Shown here: piece by piece, positions 1-7,697 of the stretch
How positions within the stretch are numbered: position 1 is the stretch's first letter
Layout of the letters: every line of letters starts with the position of its first letter
Source: Gemmatimonadales bacterium
Lineage (GTDB): Bacteria > Gemmatimonadota > Gemmatimonadetes > Gemmatimonadales > GWC2-71-9
Length of the DNA stretch: 64,000 bases
Direction of reading: 5' to 3'
NCBI GenBank assembly: GCA_038321865.1
Contig: JBBQFH010000007.1
Location: 32,001 to 96,000, forward strand
Notes under the pieces: generated by a model
The model's input: the letters and a program-made list of their open reading frames with translations, nothing else
Told to the model about the DNA's origin: nothing
Databases searched by the model: none
Translations under genes and position numbers: made by a program

Positions 1-1
1 G

Positions 2-1738
2 ATCGGCCAGCTCGGATTTCAGTACGATTTCACCTCGTTCCCGGTGGACTCGGAGCTGATCAGCAACTATCGGAGCAACCTCCTGGGGAGCAGGCGCTCG
101 CCGTACGATCTCGACAATACGGCCCAATACCAGACCATCTCGCAGTATCGCACCAACGCCTACGGCGCCACCGGGTTCGTCGAGGGCGGCGGCCCGGTCG
201 GCCGGCTGACGCTGGAGCGCGAGCACCGGACAGTTGCCGCCGTCACCGCTGAATGGCCGGTCAGCCGGAACAGCCGCTTCCGGACCGGCGGAGAGCTCAC
301 CCGCTATTCGGTCGATCACTATTCGCATCAGCTCACCAGCCAGGCATTCTCCGATGTGTACCACGTCGCGCCGACCGCATTGTCGCTGTTCGCCGAAGAC
401 CAGTTTCAGTATGGGAACGTCACCTTCGCGGCGGGTGTGCGGTATGACCGGTTCTCGTCGAACGCCGATCGCGCATTCGACCTCGACACCGTTGCGTCCA
501 GCGCCACCTTCAACACATACCTGCCCTTCCCGCGCATCACCAGCTACGAGGGGACATTCCAGGGCCAGCCGCTCGCGATCACTGTGCGGGACCAGCGGCG
601 GTCCGCCGTGTCGCCGCGATTCCGACTCGCGTACGGGACGGGCTCGGCCACCGAAGTCCGGATCGGATATGCCCGCCAGGCGCAGCTGCCCGACTTCGAC
701 CAGCTGTATGCGGGCATCAACACCGACATCGCAATCACGAATTTCGGCCAGACGTTCGGCGCGAGTATGGGACTGCAGAAGGCATGGATCGCGGAAGCCG
801 GCGTGCGCCGCCGGCTCAGTCCCGCGACGACGGTGGACGTGGCGGTGTACGAGCGCCGGAACCTGAACGCCATCCAGGACCGGATCGTGCAGCGCCCCGA
901 CCCGACGCGGCACAACTCGATCGCCGGGCTCCGGCAGTATGCCGATTCCGGCAACCTCCGCTATCGGGGCGCCGAGATCACGCTGTCCCGTCGCGCGGGC
1001 CCGCTGACCGGGCTGGCCGCCTACGCCTATCAGAAGAGCACCGGTGTCGGCCCAACCCAGCCACCGATGGCCGCCACCCGGCCGCACACGTTTACGGCGG
1101 CACTGGCGCTCACCGTCCGGAGCACGGCGGCCTACGCCGGATTCCGCATGGCGAGCGGCACACCGTACTCGAACTGTGAGACGTTGGGCAATGAGAGTGT
1201 GCTGAGCAACCAGGTCTGTAACCAGGGCCTGCTGGTACTCCTGGGCGCGCGCCTTCCCACCACCCGTCAGCTCGATCTCCGCCTCACCCAGTCCATCGGC
1301 AAAGGCACTCGTCCGATCACCGCGTACGTTGACGCCCGGAACCTGTTCAATACGCGCAATGTGGTGCTGGCCTATATCGTCACCGGGACGACGACCAGCC
1401 CGCTCGAGCAGCAGCTGGTATTCGCCGGAGACAGCGCCAGTCTGGCCAATGAGGCGACCGCCAACTCGATCTACCGCGCCGATGGCTCGGTCGACTTGAC
1501 GTTCGCGGGAGCGGGAACCGGCGGATGCGCCGGGTATGTCTCCAATGGCGGAAGTCCCGCGGCGCCAAACTGCATTTCACTCATCCGTGCCGAGCAGCGG
1601 TTTGGCAATGGCGACGGCGTATTCGATCTGGCGGAGCAGGGCCGTGCATCGAGCGCGCGATACGCCGTCGCCCGCGGCGAACAGGCGTTCACCACCGCAC
1701 CGAGGCGCGTCCGGATCGGCATCCAGGTCGGCCTCTAG
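2..1738 (+). CDS. TonB-dependent receptor, C-terminal part (5' truncated by window edge)
   Basis: Frame open from position 2. TBDR barrel motifs AGVRYDRF, VSPRFRLAY, LDLRL...YVDARNLFN, and terminal strand PRRVRIGIQVGL. Confidence 0.85.
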   Translation: MGQLGFQYDFTSFPVDSELISNYRSNLLGSRRSPYDLDNTAQYQTISQYRTNAYGATGFVEGGGPVGRLTLEREHRTVAAVTAEWPVSRNSRFRTGGELTRYSVDHYSHQLTSQAFSDVYHVAPTALSLFAEDQFQYGNVTFAAGVRYDRFSSNADRAFDLDTVASSATFNTYLPFPRITSYEGTFQGQPLAITVRDQRRSAVSPRFRLAYGTGSATEVRIGYARQAQLPDFDQLYAGINTDIAITNFGQTFGASMGLQKAWIAEAGVRRRLSPATTVDVAVYERRNLNAIQDRIVQRPDPTRHNSIAGLRQYADSGNLRYRGAEITLSRRAGPLTGLAAYAYQKSTGVGPTQPPMAATRPHTFTAALALTVRSTAAYAGFRMASGTPYSNCETLGNESVLSNQVCNQGLLVLLGARLPTTRQLDLRLTQSIGKGTRPITAYVDARNLFNTRNVVLAYIVTGTTTSPLEQQLVFAGDSASLANEATANSIYRADGSVDLTFAGAGTGGCAGYVSNGGSPAAPNCISLIRAEQRFGNGDGVFDLAEQGRASSARYAVARGEQAFTTAPRRVRIGIQVGL

Positions 1739-2538
1739 CGTTCGGGCGACTCGGACCGGCCTTCGTTCAATCGGCGGCCGAGCCGCGTGACCAGCCCTCT
1801 CGGCAGGAGGCGCGACGCGGTGACGGCGAGCCGGTTGGTCGCCCCCGGGACCACCAGCCGCTCACCCCGGAGCATTCCTTCGTAACCCGCGCGTGCCACC
1901 GCAGCCGCGCTCATCATGGGCTCCCGGCCGAGGAATCGCGCCGCACGCATGCGCGCGCGCGCCGCGAAGCCGGTCGCGGTCGGCCCCGGACAGAGCGTCG
2001 TCACGGTCACGCCCGAGCCATCCAGCTCCTCCGCAAGCGCCTCCGACCAGGAGAGCACGTACGCCTTGGTCGCGTAGTACACCGACATGTACGGCCCGGG
2101 CTGGAATGCGGCGACCGACGCGACGTTCAGGATCCGGCCTGCGCGGCGGGCCAGCATCGCGGGGAGGAGTGCCTTGGTCAGTTCCGTCGGTGCGGCGACG
2201 TTCAGCTCGATCATGGCCAGCTCATCGGCCAGCTTCGTTTCCGCAAATGCGCCGCCGCCGCCGAACCCCGCGTTGTTGACCAGCACACCCAGGTGAATGG
2301 CGGAACGGTGCAGCGTGTCGAGCAGTCGGCGCCGTTCGTCGGGCCGTGCCAGATCGGCCGGGATGCTCGTGACCGACGGCGCACCGATCGCCTGCAGCTC
2401 CGCGGCCGCGGCGGCCAGCGGCGCTTCGCGACGGGCGACGATCACGAGATCGGAGCCGCTCCGGGCGAGGCAGCGCGCCAGGTCCAGTCCAATGCCGGAT
2501 GAGGCACCGGTCCCCAGCGCGCCCGGCCGCGAGCTCAA
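1735..2538 (-). CDS. Short-chain dehydrogenase/reductase (DltE-like)
   Basis: TGASSGIG Rossmann motif, NNAGFG, catalytic YYATK. TTG start overlaps the upstream stop (TTGA). Confidence 0.9.
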   Translation of the reverse strand: MSSRPGALGTGASSGIGLDLARCLARSGSDLVIVARREAPLAAAAAELQAIGAPSVTSIPADLARPDERRRLLDTLHRSAIHLGVLVNNAGFGGGGAFAETKLADELAMIELNVAAPTELTKALLPAMLARRAGRILNVASVAAFQPGPYMSVYYATKAYVLSWSEALAEELDGSGVTVTTLCPGPTATGFAARARMRAARFLGREPMMSAAAVARAGYEGMLRGERLVVPGATNRLAVTASRLLPRGLVTRLGRRLNEGRSESPER

Positions 2539-2792
2539 GGCGACCGGATGCGACGCGGCGCGCCGCCAGGCCGGGGCACAATGGCGGCGAGCGCCCGGAC
2601 CTCAAGGAGCGAGGCCCTGAGGGCGCGCGCGAGTGCCGCGAGCAGGAGCAGCAGCGAGCTGACGAGCGTGGAGCCGCTCCGGGGTGAAGGCCGCCGGCCG
2701 TGTCCGCGAGGCAGCAACACCCGCGGCGAATGCGAGGCGGAATAATCCGTTCGGGCCCGACGTCGCGCCAGTGGGCGCGCTGGATCCGTCAC
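2535..2792 (-). CDS. Small hypothetical protein (85 aa, one hydrophobic segment)
   Basis: GTG start overlaps the upstream stop (GTGA at 2789-2792) and its stop overlaps the SDR start. It fills the gap exactly. Hydrophobic run TLVSSLLLLLAALARAL. Confidence 0.45.
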   Translation of the reverse strand: MTDPARPLARRRARTDYSASHSPRVLLPRGHGRRPSPRSGSTLVSSLLLLLAALARALRASLLEVRALAAIVPRPGGAPRRIRSP

Positions 2793-3388
2793 GGCGACCG
2801 TGCCGCCAGCGCCAGGTCGACGGTGCGGCGCCGCTGCACCATCGCGTTCTCCGGACCAGGAATTACGTAATCCTGCCAGTCCCCCCACGTGGCGACCAGC
2901 CGAAGGGGGCCGGCACCGGCCGGGACATCGAACCGCAGCCTGGTCGTGTAGCTGTCACCGGCGTTCAGCGGATCCTGCAGCGCGCCGCCGAGCGCGGCAT
3001 ACTCCTTCCCCGCGGCATCGCGGGCTCGAACGCGCAGGTGCGAAGGGTATTCCGGCTCCCGCCTGGCGTCGCTCCAGACTCGAAGCGTGACGGTCAGGCC
3101 CGTGTCCGATTTGACACCTACCACTGCGATGTGGAGGTGACAATCGAAGCCGCAGAATACCAGCGCGTCGCCAGGGGCAAGGCTGCGCCGAGGCGTCAGG
3201 ACCGGCCCCAGCAGCACGGCTGCTGCATAAAGGATCACCCACCCGCCGACGGCGGCCGCCGCGGACGCCGCCACGTGTCGGCGGTTGGTCGCCAGCCCGA
3301 TGACGATCACGATGGTGCCGACGGCGAGAATCGCCAGCGTGCCGAAGAACGCCAGCACACCGAGCATGCGCAGAAGCAGGGCGAGCAT
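2789..3388 (-). CDS. Membrane-anchored protein: two N-terminal TM helices plus beta-rich (DUF4352/Ig-like) domain
   Basis: ATG at 3388 with GGAGG RBS and TGATG overlap with the uppS stop. Motifs LTVTLRV and LNAGDSYTTRLRFDVP; CGFDCH. Confidence 0.7.
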   Translation of the reverse strand: MLALLLRMLGVLAFFGTLAILAVGTIVIVIGLATNRRHVAASAAAAVGGWVILYAAAVLLGPVLTPRRSLAPGDALVFCGFDCHLHIAVVGVKSDTGLTVTLRVWSDARREPEYPSHLRVRARDAAGKEYAALGGALQDPLNAGDSYTTRLRFDVPAGAGPLRLVATWGDWQDYVIPGPENAMVQRRRTVDLALAARSP

Positions 3389-4167
3389 CAGAACCTCCGG
3401 GGGTGGGAGAGGGCGACGGCAGGTTCGGGACGACCGGACGGCGCGGGTGAAGACGGCACGCTCCCGAAGCGGCGTTGCCGCCCGCGGAAGTCGTCCAGCG
3501 CCGCGGCGAGATCGCGCGGTGCGAAGTCCGGCCACATACGGGTCGTGAAGTGGAGCTCGGCGTAGGCGCATTCCCAGAGCAGGAAATCGCTGAGGCGTTG
3601 CTCGCCGCCGGTGCGAATGAGCAGGTCGACGGGGGGTGTGGTGCCGCCGTGGTCCACGATCGACAGGAGCCGGCCGAACGATTCGCGCGAGGGAACCGTC
3701 TCGGGCGGCAGGCATTGCGCCGCGCGCAGGATCGCGTCGCGCGCCGAATAGTCCATGGCGATCCGGAGGTGCAGGCGGTGGCCGCCCGCGGTCGCCCGTT
3801 CTGCCGCTTCGACGGCGCGCAGCACCGGGCCGGGCATTCGGTCGCGCCGGCCGATGACGTTGAGCCGGACTCCGGTCACCACGCAGCGGGCGGCTTCGGC
3901 GCGCAGGTATTCCCGAAAGAGGCGCATCAGCCGCGCGACCTCGCGCTCGGGTCGCTGCCAGTTGTCCGCCGAGAAGGCGAAGAGCGTGAGCGTGCCGATT
4001 CCCTCGCCGGGCGCCGCCTCGACAGTGCGCCGCACCGCGGCCGCACCCTCCCGGTGGCCGGCCGCCCGGGGCAGCCCCTGGGCCGTCGCCCAGCGGCCGT
4101 TGCCGTCCATGATGACGCCCACGTGCAGTCCCGCCGGCGGCAGCGGGCGACAAGTGCTTTGTTTCAT
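3388..4167 (-). CDS. uppS: cis-prenyltransferase (undecaprenyl diphosphate synthase family), variant copy
   Basis: [55 protein letters not shown] at 4167 with GAGGAG RBS at 4175-4180. Confidence 0.9.
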   Translation of the reverse strand: MKQSTCRPLPPAGLHVGVIMDGNGRWATAQGLPRAAGHREGAAAVRRTVEAAPGEGIGTLTLFAFSADNWQRPEREVARLMRLFREYLRAEAARCVVTGVRLNVIGRRDRMPGPVLRAVEAAERATAGGHRLHLRIAMDYSARDAILRAAQCLPPETVPSRESFGRLLSIVDHGGTTPPVDLLIRTGGEQRLSDFLLWECAYAELHFTTRMWPDFAPRDLAAALDDFRGRQRRFGSVPSSPAPSGRPEPAVALSHPRRF

Positions 4168-4171
4168 AAAG
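4151..4171. promoter_or_regulatory. Putative operator copy 2 (CAAGTGCTTTGTTTCATAAAG), overlapping the uppS start codon
   Basis: 15/21 identical to 5204-5224. CTTT-N7-AAAG palindromic core; AT-rich in a GC-rich context. Confidence 0.65.
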
Positions 4172-4197
4172 TTGCTCCTCAAAAAAAACCTCGGCGC

Positions 4198-4584
4198 TCA
4201 GCGCTCGCGCGTCGCCCGAATCAGTGCTTCCATGTGGTCGAGATACCGGGCCAGCGCGGTGCAGCCTTTGGCGCTGAGCCGGTAGACCGTCCGCGGCAGG
4301 CGGCCCTCGAACGACTTGGTGCAGGTGATGTAGCCCGCGTCCTCCAGCTTGCGGGCGTGCACGCTGAGGTTCCCGTCCGTGGTGTCGAGCAGCCGCTTGA
4401 GGTCGTTGAACGCCAGCGACTCGTTCACGGCCAGCGCGCTGACGATCGCCAGGCGCATCCGTTCGTGAATCAGCCGGTCCAGGTCCAGGGCGCCGGCCTC
4501 GCGACCTGGGCCCTTGACCCCCTTCAGCGGCGCCGGTCCAGGTGCGGCGCCGACCTTCCGAAGCGCGCTCGATCTAGCCACCAT
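4198..4584 (-). CDS. Winged-helix transcriptional regulator (ArsR/MarR-like, HTH_34 type)
   Basis: LDRLIHERMRLAIVSAL...FNDLKRLLDTTDGNLSVHARKLEDAGYI...KSFEGRLPRTVYRL. Confidence 0.9.
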   Translation of the reverse strand: MVARSSALRKVGAAPGPAPLKGVKGPGREAGALDLDRLIHERMRLAIVSALAVNESLAFNDLKRLLDTTDGNLSVHARKLEDAGYITCTKSFEGRLPRTVYRLSAKGCTALARYLDHMEALIRATRER

Positions 4585-5179
4585 GCCTCTGTGCGATCAC
4601 GAGTCCAAAAATCACGTGCAGTGCGCCGAAGCCGAACGCCATCCACGCGGTGCCCCCCGCTGGGAACAGGAGCGCTCCGATCCCGACGCCCATGAAGCAC
4701 AGCCCCATTAACGGCACGATCCGGATGGAGAATGCTCCGCCGGTCACGACGCCCGTCCCGTAGAGCAGGAGCCACATCCCCGGGAGGTCGGCGCGGAGGC
4801 CGCCGCGGTACAGCACGACCGTCATCACCGCCCCGACGACGATCGGCGGCGTGTAACTCAGCAGGAACCGCCGGGCCGGCCGGGTGAAGATCGCGGCGCT
4901 GGCCCGACGGGACTTCCGGGCCAGCGCGATCCAGCCCACCGCCGCCGCCACGATCGCTTCCGCCATCCACACCAGCAGCCAGCTGTGCGCGTCACGCCGC
5001 GTGGCCGCCACGACCGAGGCCGCGAGCGCCGTCACCCCCATCGCCACCCCGCCCCACCCCGGCACTGCCGTGAACGCGGTCGCCCGCTCCATGGTGTCGC
5101 GGATGAAGGAGAGGTTGTCCATCGCCCGCGCGTGGAGCGCGGGCGGGTCCTCGGGAGGCTGCTGGTGCGGCAGGGCCAT
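4574..5179 (-). CDS. Conserved-looking multi-TM membrane protein
   Basis: About six hydrophobic segments; N-terminal AMDNLSFIRDTMER; overlaps the regulator start. Confidence 0.8.
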   Translation of the reverse strand: MALPHQQPPEDPPALHARAMDNLSFIRDTMERATAFTAVPGWGGVAMGVTALAASVVAATRRDAHSWLLVWMAEAIVAAAVGWIALARKSRRASAAIFTRPARRFLLSYTPPIVVGAVMTVVLYRGGLRADLPGMWLLLYGTGVVTGGAFSIRIVPLMGLCFMGVGIGALLFPAGGTAWMAFGFGALHVIFGLVIAQRHGG

Positions 5180-5203
5180 GAGCTCCGCGGGCTAGGGGTG
5201 CAT

Positions 5204-5244
5204 CAAGTACTTTGCAGTGTAAAGCTGCAGGCCCCGCGGCGCAA
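5204..5244 (-). promoter_or_regulatory. sigma70-like promoter (TTGCGC-N17-TACACT) overlapped by operator copy 1 (5204-5224)
   Basis: Minus-strand -35 at 5244-5239 and -10 at 5221-5216 with a 17-nt spacer. The operator CAAGTACTTTGCAGTGTAAAG covers the -10 and the predicted start site. Confidence 0.6.
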
Positions 5245-5252
5245 GCCCCCGC

Positions 5253-5699
5253 TCACGCCGCCAGCGCTGACGTGCACTCGGGGCAGCGGCTCGCCCCCAC
5301 GGGAATCGGCATTCGGCAGAAGGGACAGTCCTTCGTGGTCGGGGCCGCCGCGGCCTCGGCTGGGCGCAGACGGTTGGCCGCGCGCACCACCATGAACACC
5401 GCGAACGCCACGATCAGGAAGGTCACGATGTTGTTGATGAAAGCGCCGTAGTTGACCGTAACGGCCCCGGCGGCCTGTGCGTCGGCGAGGGAGGCGTACG
5501 GTGGGGCCGTTTTCCCTTCCTTCAGCACCGTGAACAGATTCTTGAAGTCCACCCGCCCCAGCGCCAGTCCGATCGGAGGCATGATCACGTCGTCGACCAT
5601 CGACTTGACCACGGTGCCGAATGCGCCGCCGATGATGATGCCGATAGCCAGGTCGAGCACGTTGCCCCGCATCGCGAACGCCTTGAACTCCTTGAACAT
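5253..5699 (-). CDS. mscL: Large-conductance mechanosensitive channel with C-terminal CxxC-x10-CxxC
   Basis: MFKEFKAFAMRGNVLDLAIGIIIGGAFG; YGAFINNIVTFLIVAF. Confidence 0.97.
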   Translation of the reverse strand: MFKEFKAFAMRGNVLDLAIGIIIGGAFGTVVKSMVDDVIMPPIGLALGRVDFKNLFTVLKEGKTAPPYASLADAQAAGAVTVNYGAFINNIVTFLIVAFAVFMVVRAANRLRPAEAAAAPTTKDCPFCRMPIPVGASRCPECTSALAA

Positions 5700-5723
5700 G
5701 CTGCCTCCTCTGGGGCGGGGACG

Positions 5724-6104
5724 TCAGCGCACCGGTTCCGGGTGCCTGATCAGGTAGGCCTTGGCATCATCCATATCATCGAACGACTTCAGCTGACGAC
5801 CGGTGAGGTGCATGAGAGTGTTGAATACCACCTTCATGAGGCCGGCCAGCCCGACCACGGCGCCGGCGCGCACATATGGCTTGTTGTGCTCCACCAGTTC
5901 CCGTATCGCCTTGAGGACACCGGAGTCGAAGTGTGAGCCCGTCACGTTGGTCAGCGTGAGCAGCGACCCGTCCGGCTGCTGGCGCCCGACCAGGGCGCGG
6001 GCCTCACTGACCGCCTCGATGGCCGACGACGGATCGGAGATGCCGGAGAAATCGAGCATGAGGATCTTGCGTCCCTCGAACTCGATGAACCGCGTGCGGC
6101 CCAT
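5724..6104 (-). CDS. Hypothetical protein, STAS/SpoIIAA-like fold suspected
   Basis: ILMLDFSG...LLTLTNV...AVVGL...KSFDDMDDAKAYL pattern; normal codon usage. Confidence 0.7.
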   Translation of the reverse strand: MGRTRFIEFEGRKILMLDFSGISDPSSAIEAVSEARALVGRQQPDGSLLTLTNVTGSHFDSGVLKAIRELVEHNKPYVRAGAVVGLAGLMKVVFNTLMHLTGRQLKSFDDMDDAKAYLIRHPEPVR

Positions 6105-6146
6105 CAGGAGCGCTCCCGCCGTGTCGTGGAGTGAGGTACAGACCGG

Positions 6147-7577
6147 TTACGACGCGGCACTGGCTGCGACCGGATATCCGGCTGATTTCCAGGCGTTGAT
6201 GCCGCCGAGCAGGTCGACGACGTTGTCGATGCCGTGCGCGGTGAGCACGCTGGCCGCGATGGCGGAGCGACCGCCCGACTGACACTGAAGCACGACCATC
6301 CGGTCGCGCGGCACCGACTCGATCCGTTCAGCGAGCTGGCCCACCGGGATGTTCACCGCACCCGGCACGCGTTCTTCGGCGTATTCGGTCTGGGCCCGCA
6401 CATCCACCACCGCGACGTCACCCGCGCGCAGCCGCTCCGCCAGATCGGACACGGTGATGTGGCGGATCGAGCCGGCCGTGCCGCCCGCGGCCCAGCGCTC
6501 GAGCTCGTGGGTTCCGGCATATCCGACGATGCGGTCGAGCCCGATCATCGCGAGATCATGCACCGCGTCCCCGATGCCCTGCCTCCGGTCATCGGCCACG
6601 AGGTAGATGTCACGATCGAATGGCACGAGCCATCCTGCCCAGGTGCTGAAGCTCCGGTTGAGCGGGATGTTCAGGGAGCCGGGCAGGTGGGCCGCCGCGA
6701 AATTCGCCGCCGGACGGGTGTCCACCACCACCGCCCCGGCAGCCAGCGCGTCCACCAGGCGTTCCACACCGACGCGCACCGGATTCTGCAGCGCTCCGCG
6801 CATGCGGGGGCCGAGGCGGTTGATGCTCTTCATCGTCGCAAAGTAGGTTGGCGGCTCCGGCTGGCCGCCGAGCACCATGGCCACGAATTCATCCTCGTTC
6901 TCCACTGTGAGCGCCCAGTTGAAGAGCCGCTCATAGCCTAGCGTACTTTGCGGTACCGCGCTCAGCGACTTGCCACAGGCCGATCCGGCGCCATGCCCCG
7001 GCCAGATTTGGAGGTAATCGGGGAGAGCCATGAAGCGCTGAATGGAACGGAAGAGCTGGCGCGCAGAGCTCTCCATGGTGCCGGTGACCTTGACCGCCCG
7101 CTCGAGCAGGTCCGGCCGGCCGACATCCCCGACGAAGATGAAATCACCGGTGAAGGCGCCCATGGGCCGGTCGCCCGTCGCGGTGTCGGTCACCAGGAAG
7201 CTGAGGTGTTCCGGCGTGTGCCCGGGCGTATGCATCGCCTCGATCTGCACCGCGCCAACCCGGAAGGTGCTGCCATCCACCAGCAGCTGTGCCCCGGCCT
7301 CCCGCGCGAAGGCATACCGCCAGTCGTCTCCCCCTGCGTCCGACAGCATGAGCCGGGCGCCGGTCTGCGCTGCGAGTTCCCGGCTGCCCGAAACGAAGTC
7401 GGCGTGGATATGGGTTTCCGTGACGCAGCAGATCCGAAGATTCTCCGCCCGGGCCGCCTCGACATACTCCTCGTAGCCGCGGTTCGGGTCCACGACGAGC
7501 GCCTCGCCGCTGCGCGCGCAGCCGACCAGATAGCTCGCCTGCGCGAGCTTGGCGTCGTAGAACCGTCGAAAGATCAT
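6147..7577 (-). CDS. MBL-fold persulfide dioxygenase-like domain fused to two rhodanese domains (CstB-like)
   Basis: ETHIHADF, HTPGHTPEH, FTGDFIFVGDVGRPDL, PGHGAGSACG; C-terminal rhodanese active loop CQSGGRS. Confidence 0.9.
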   Translation of the reverse strand: MIFRRFYDAKLAQASYLVGCARSGEALVVDPNRGYEEYVEAARAENLRICCVTETHIHADFVSGSRELAAQTGARLMLSDAGGDDWRYAFAREAGAQLLVDGSTFRVGAVQIEAMHTPGHTPEHLSFLVTDTATGDRPMGAFTGDFIFVGDVGRPDLLERAVKVTGTMESSARQLFRSIQRFMALPDYLQIWPGHGAGSACGKSLSAVPQSTLGYERLFNWALTVENEDEFVAMVLGGQPEPPTYFATMKSINRLGPRMRGALQNPVRVGVERLVDALAAGAVVVDTRPAANFAAAHLPGSLNIPLNRSFSTWAGWLVPFDRDIYLVADDRRQGIGDAVHDLAMIGLDRIVGYAGTHELERWAAGGTAGSIRHITVSDLAERLRAGDVAVVDVRAQTEYAEERVPGAVNIPVGQLAERIESVPRDRMVVLQCQSGGRSAIAASVLTAHGIDNVVDLLGGINAWKSAGYPVAASAAS

Positions 7578-7697
7578 CGGGGCGGATCCTGGCTCGGATT
7601 GGAGGTGTCCTGGTTACCCCAACGTGCGGTTGCCGCGGCGCGAGGGCAAGCTCACGGACAATTTAACATCGGAGCCGCCGGGGCGTCCCCAGCTCAT

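Noticed and set aside
2789..4153. 454-aa ORF overlapping uppS
   Set aside because: Upstream part is an off-frame shadow; RBS and TGATG overlap place the start at 3388.
6948..7697. N-terminal extension of the DUF1800 ORF
   Set aside because: Antisense to the MBL/rhodanese gene; the signal peptide begins at 7698.
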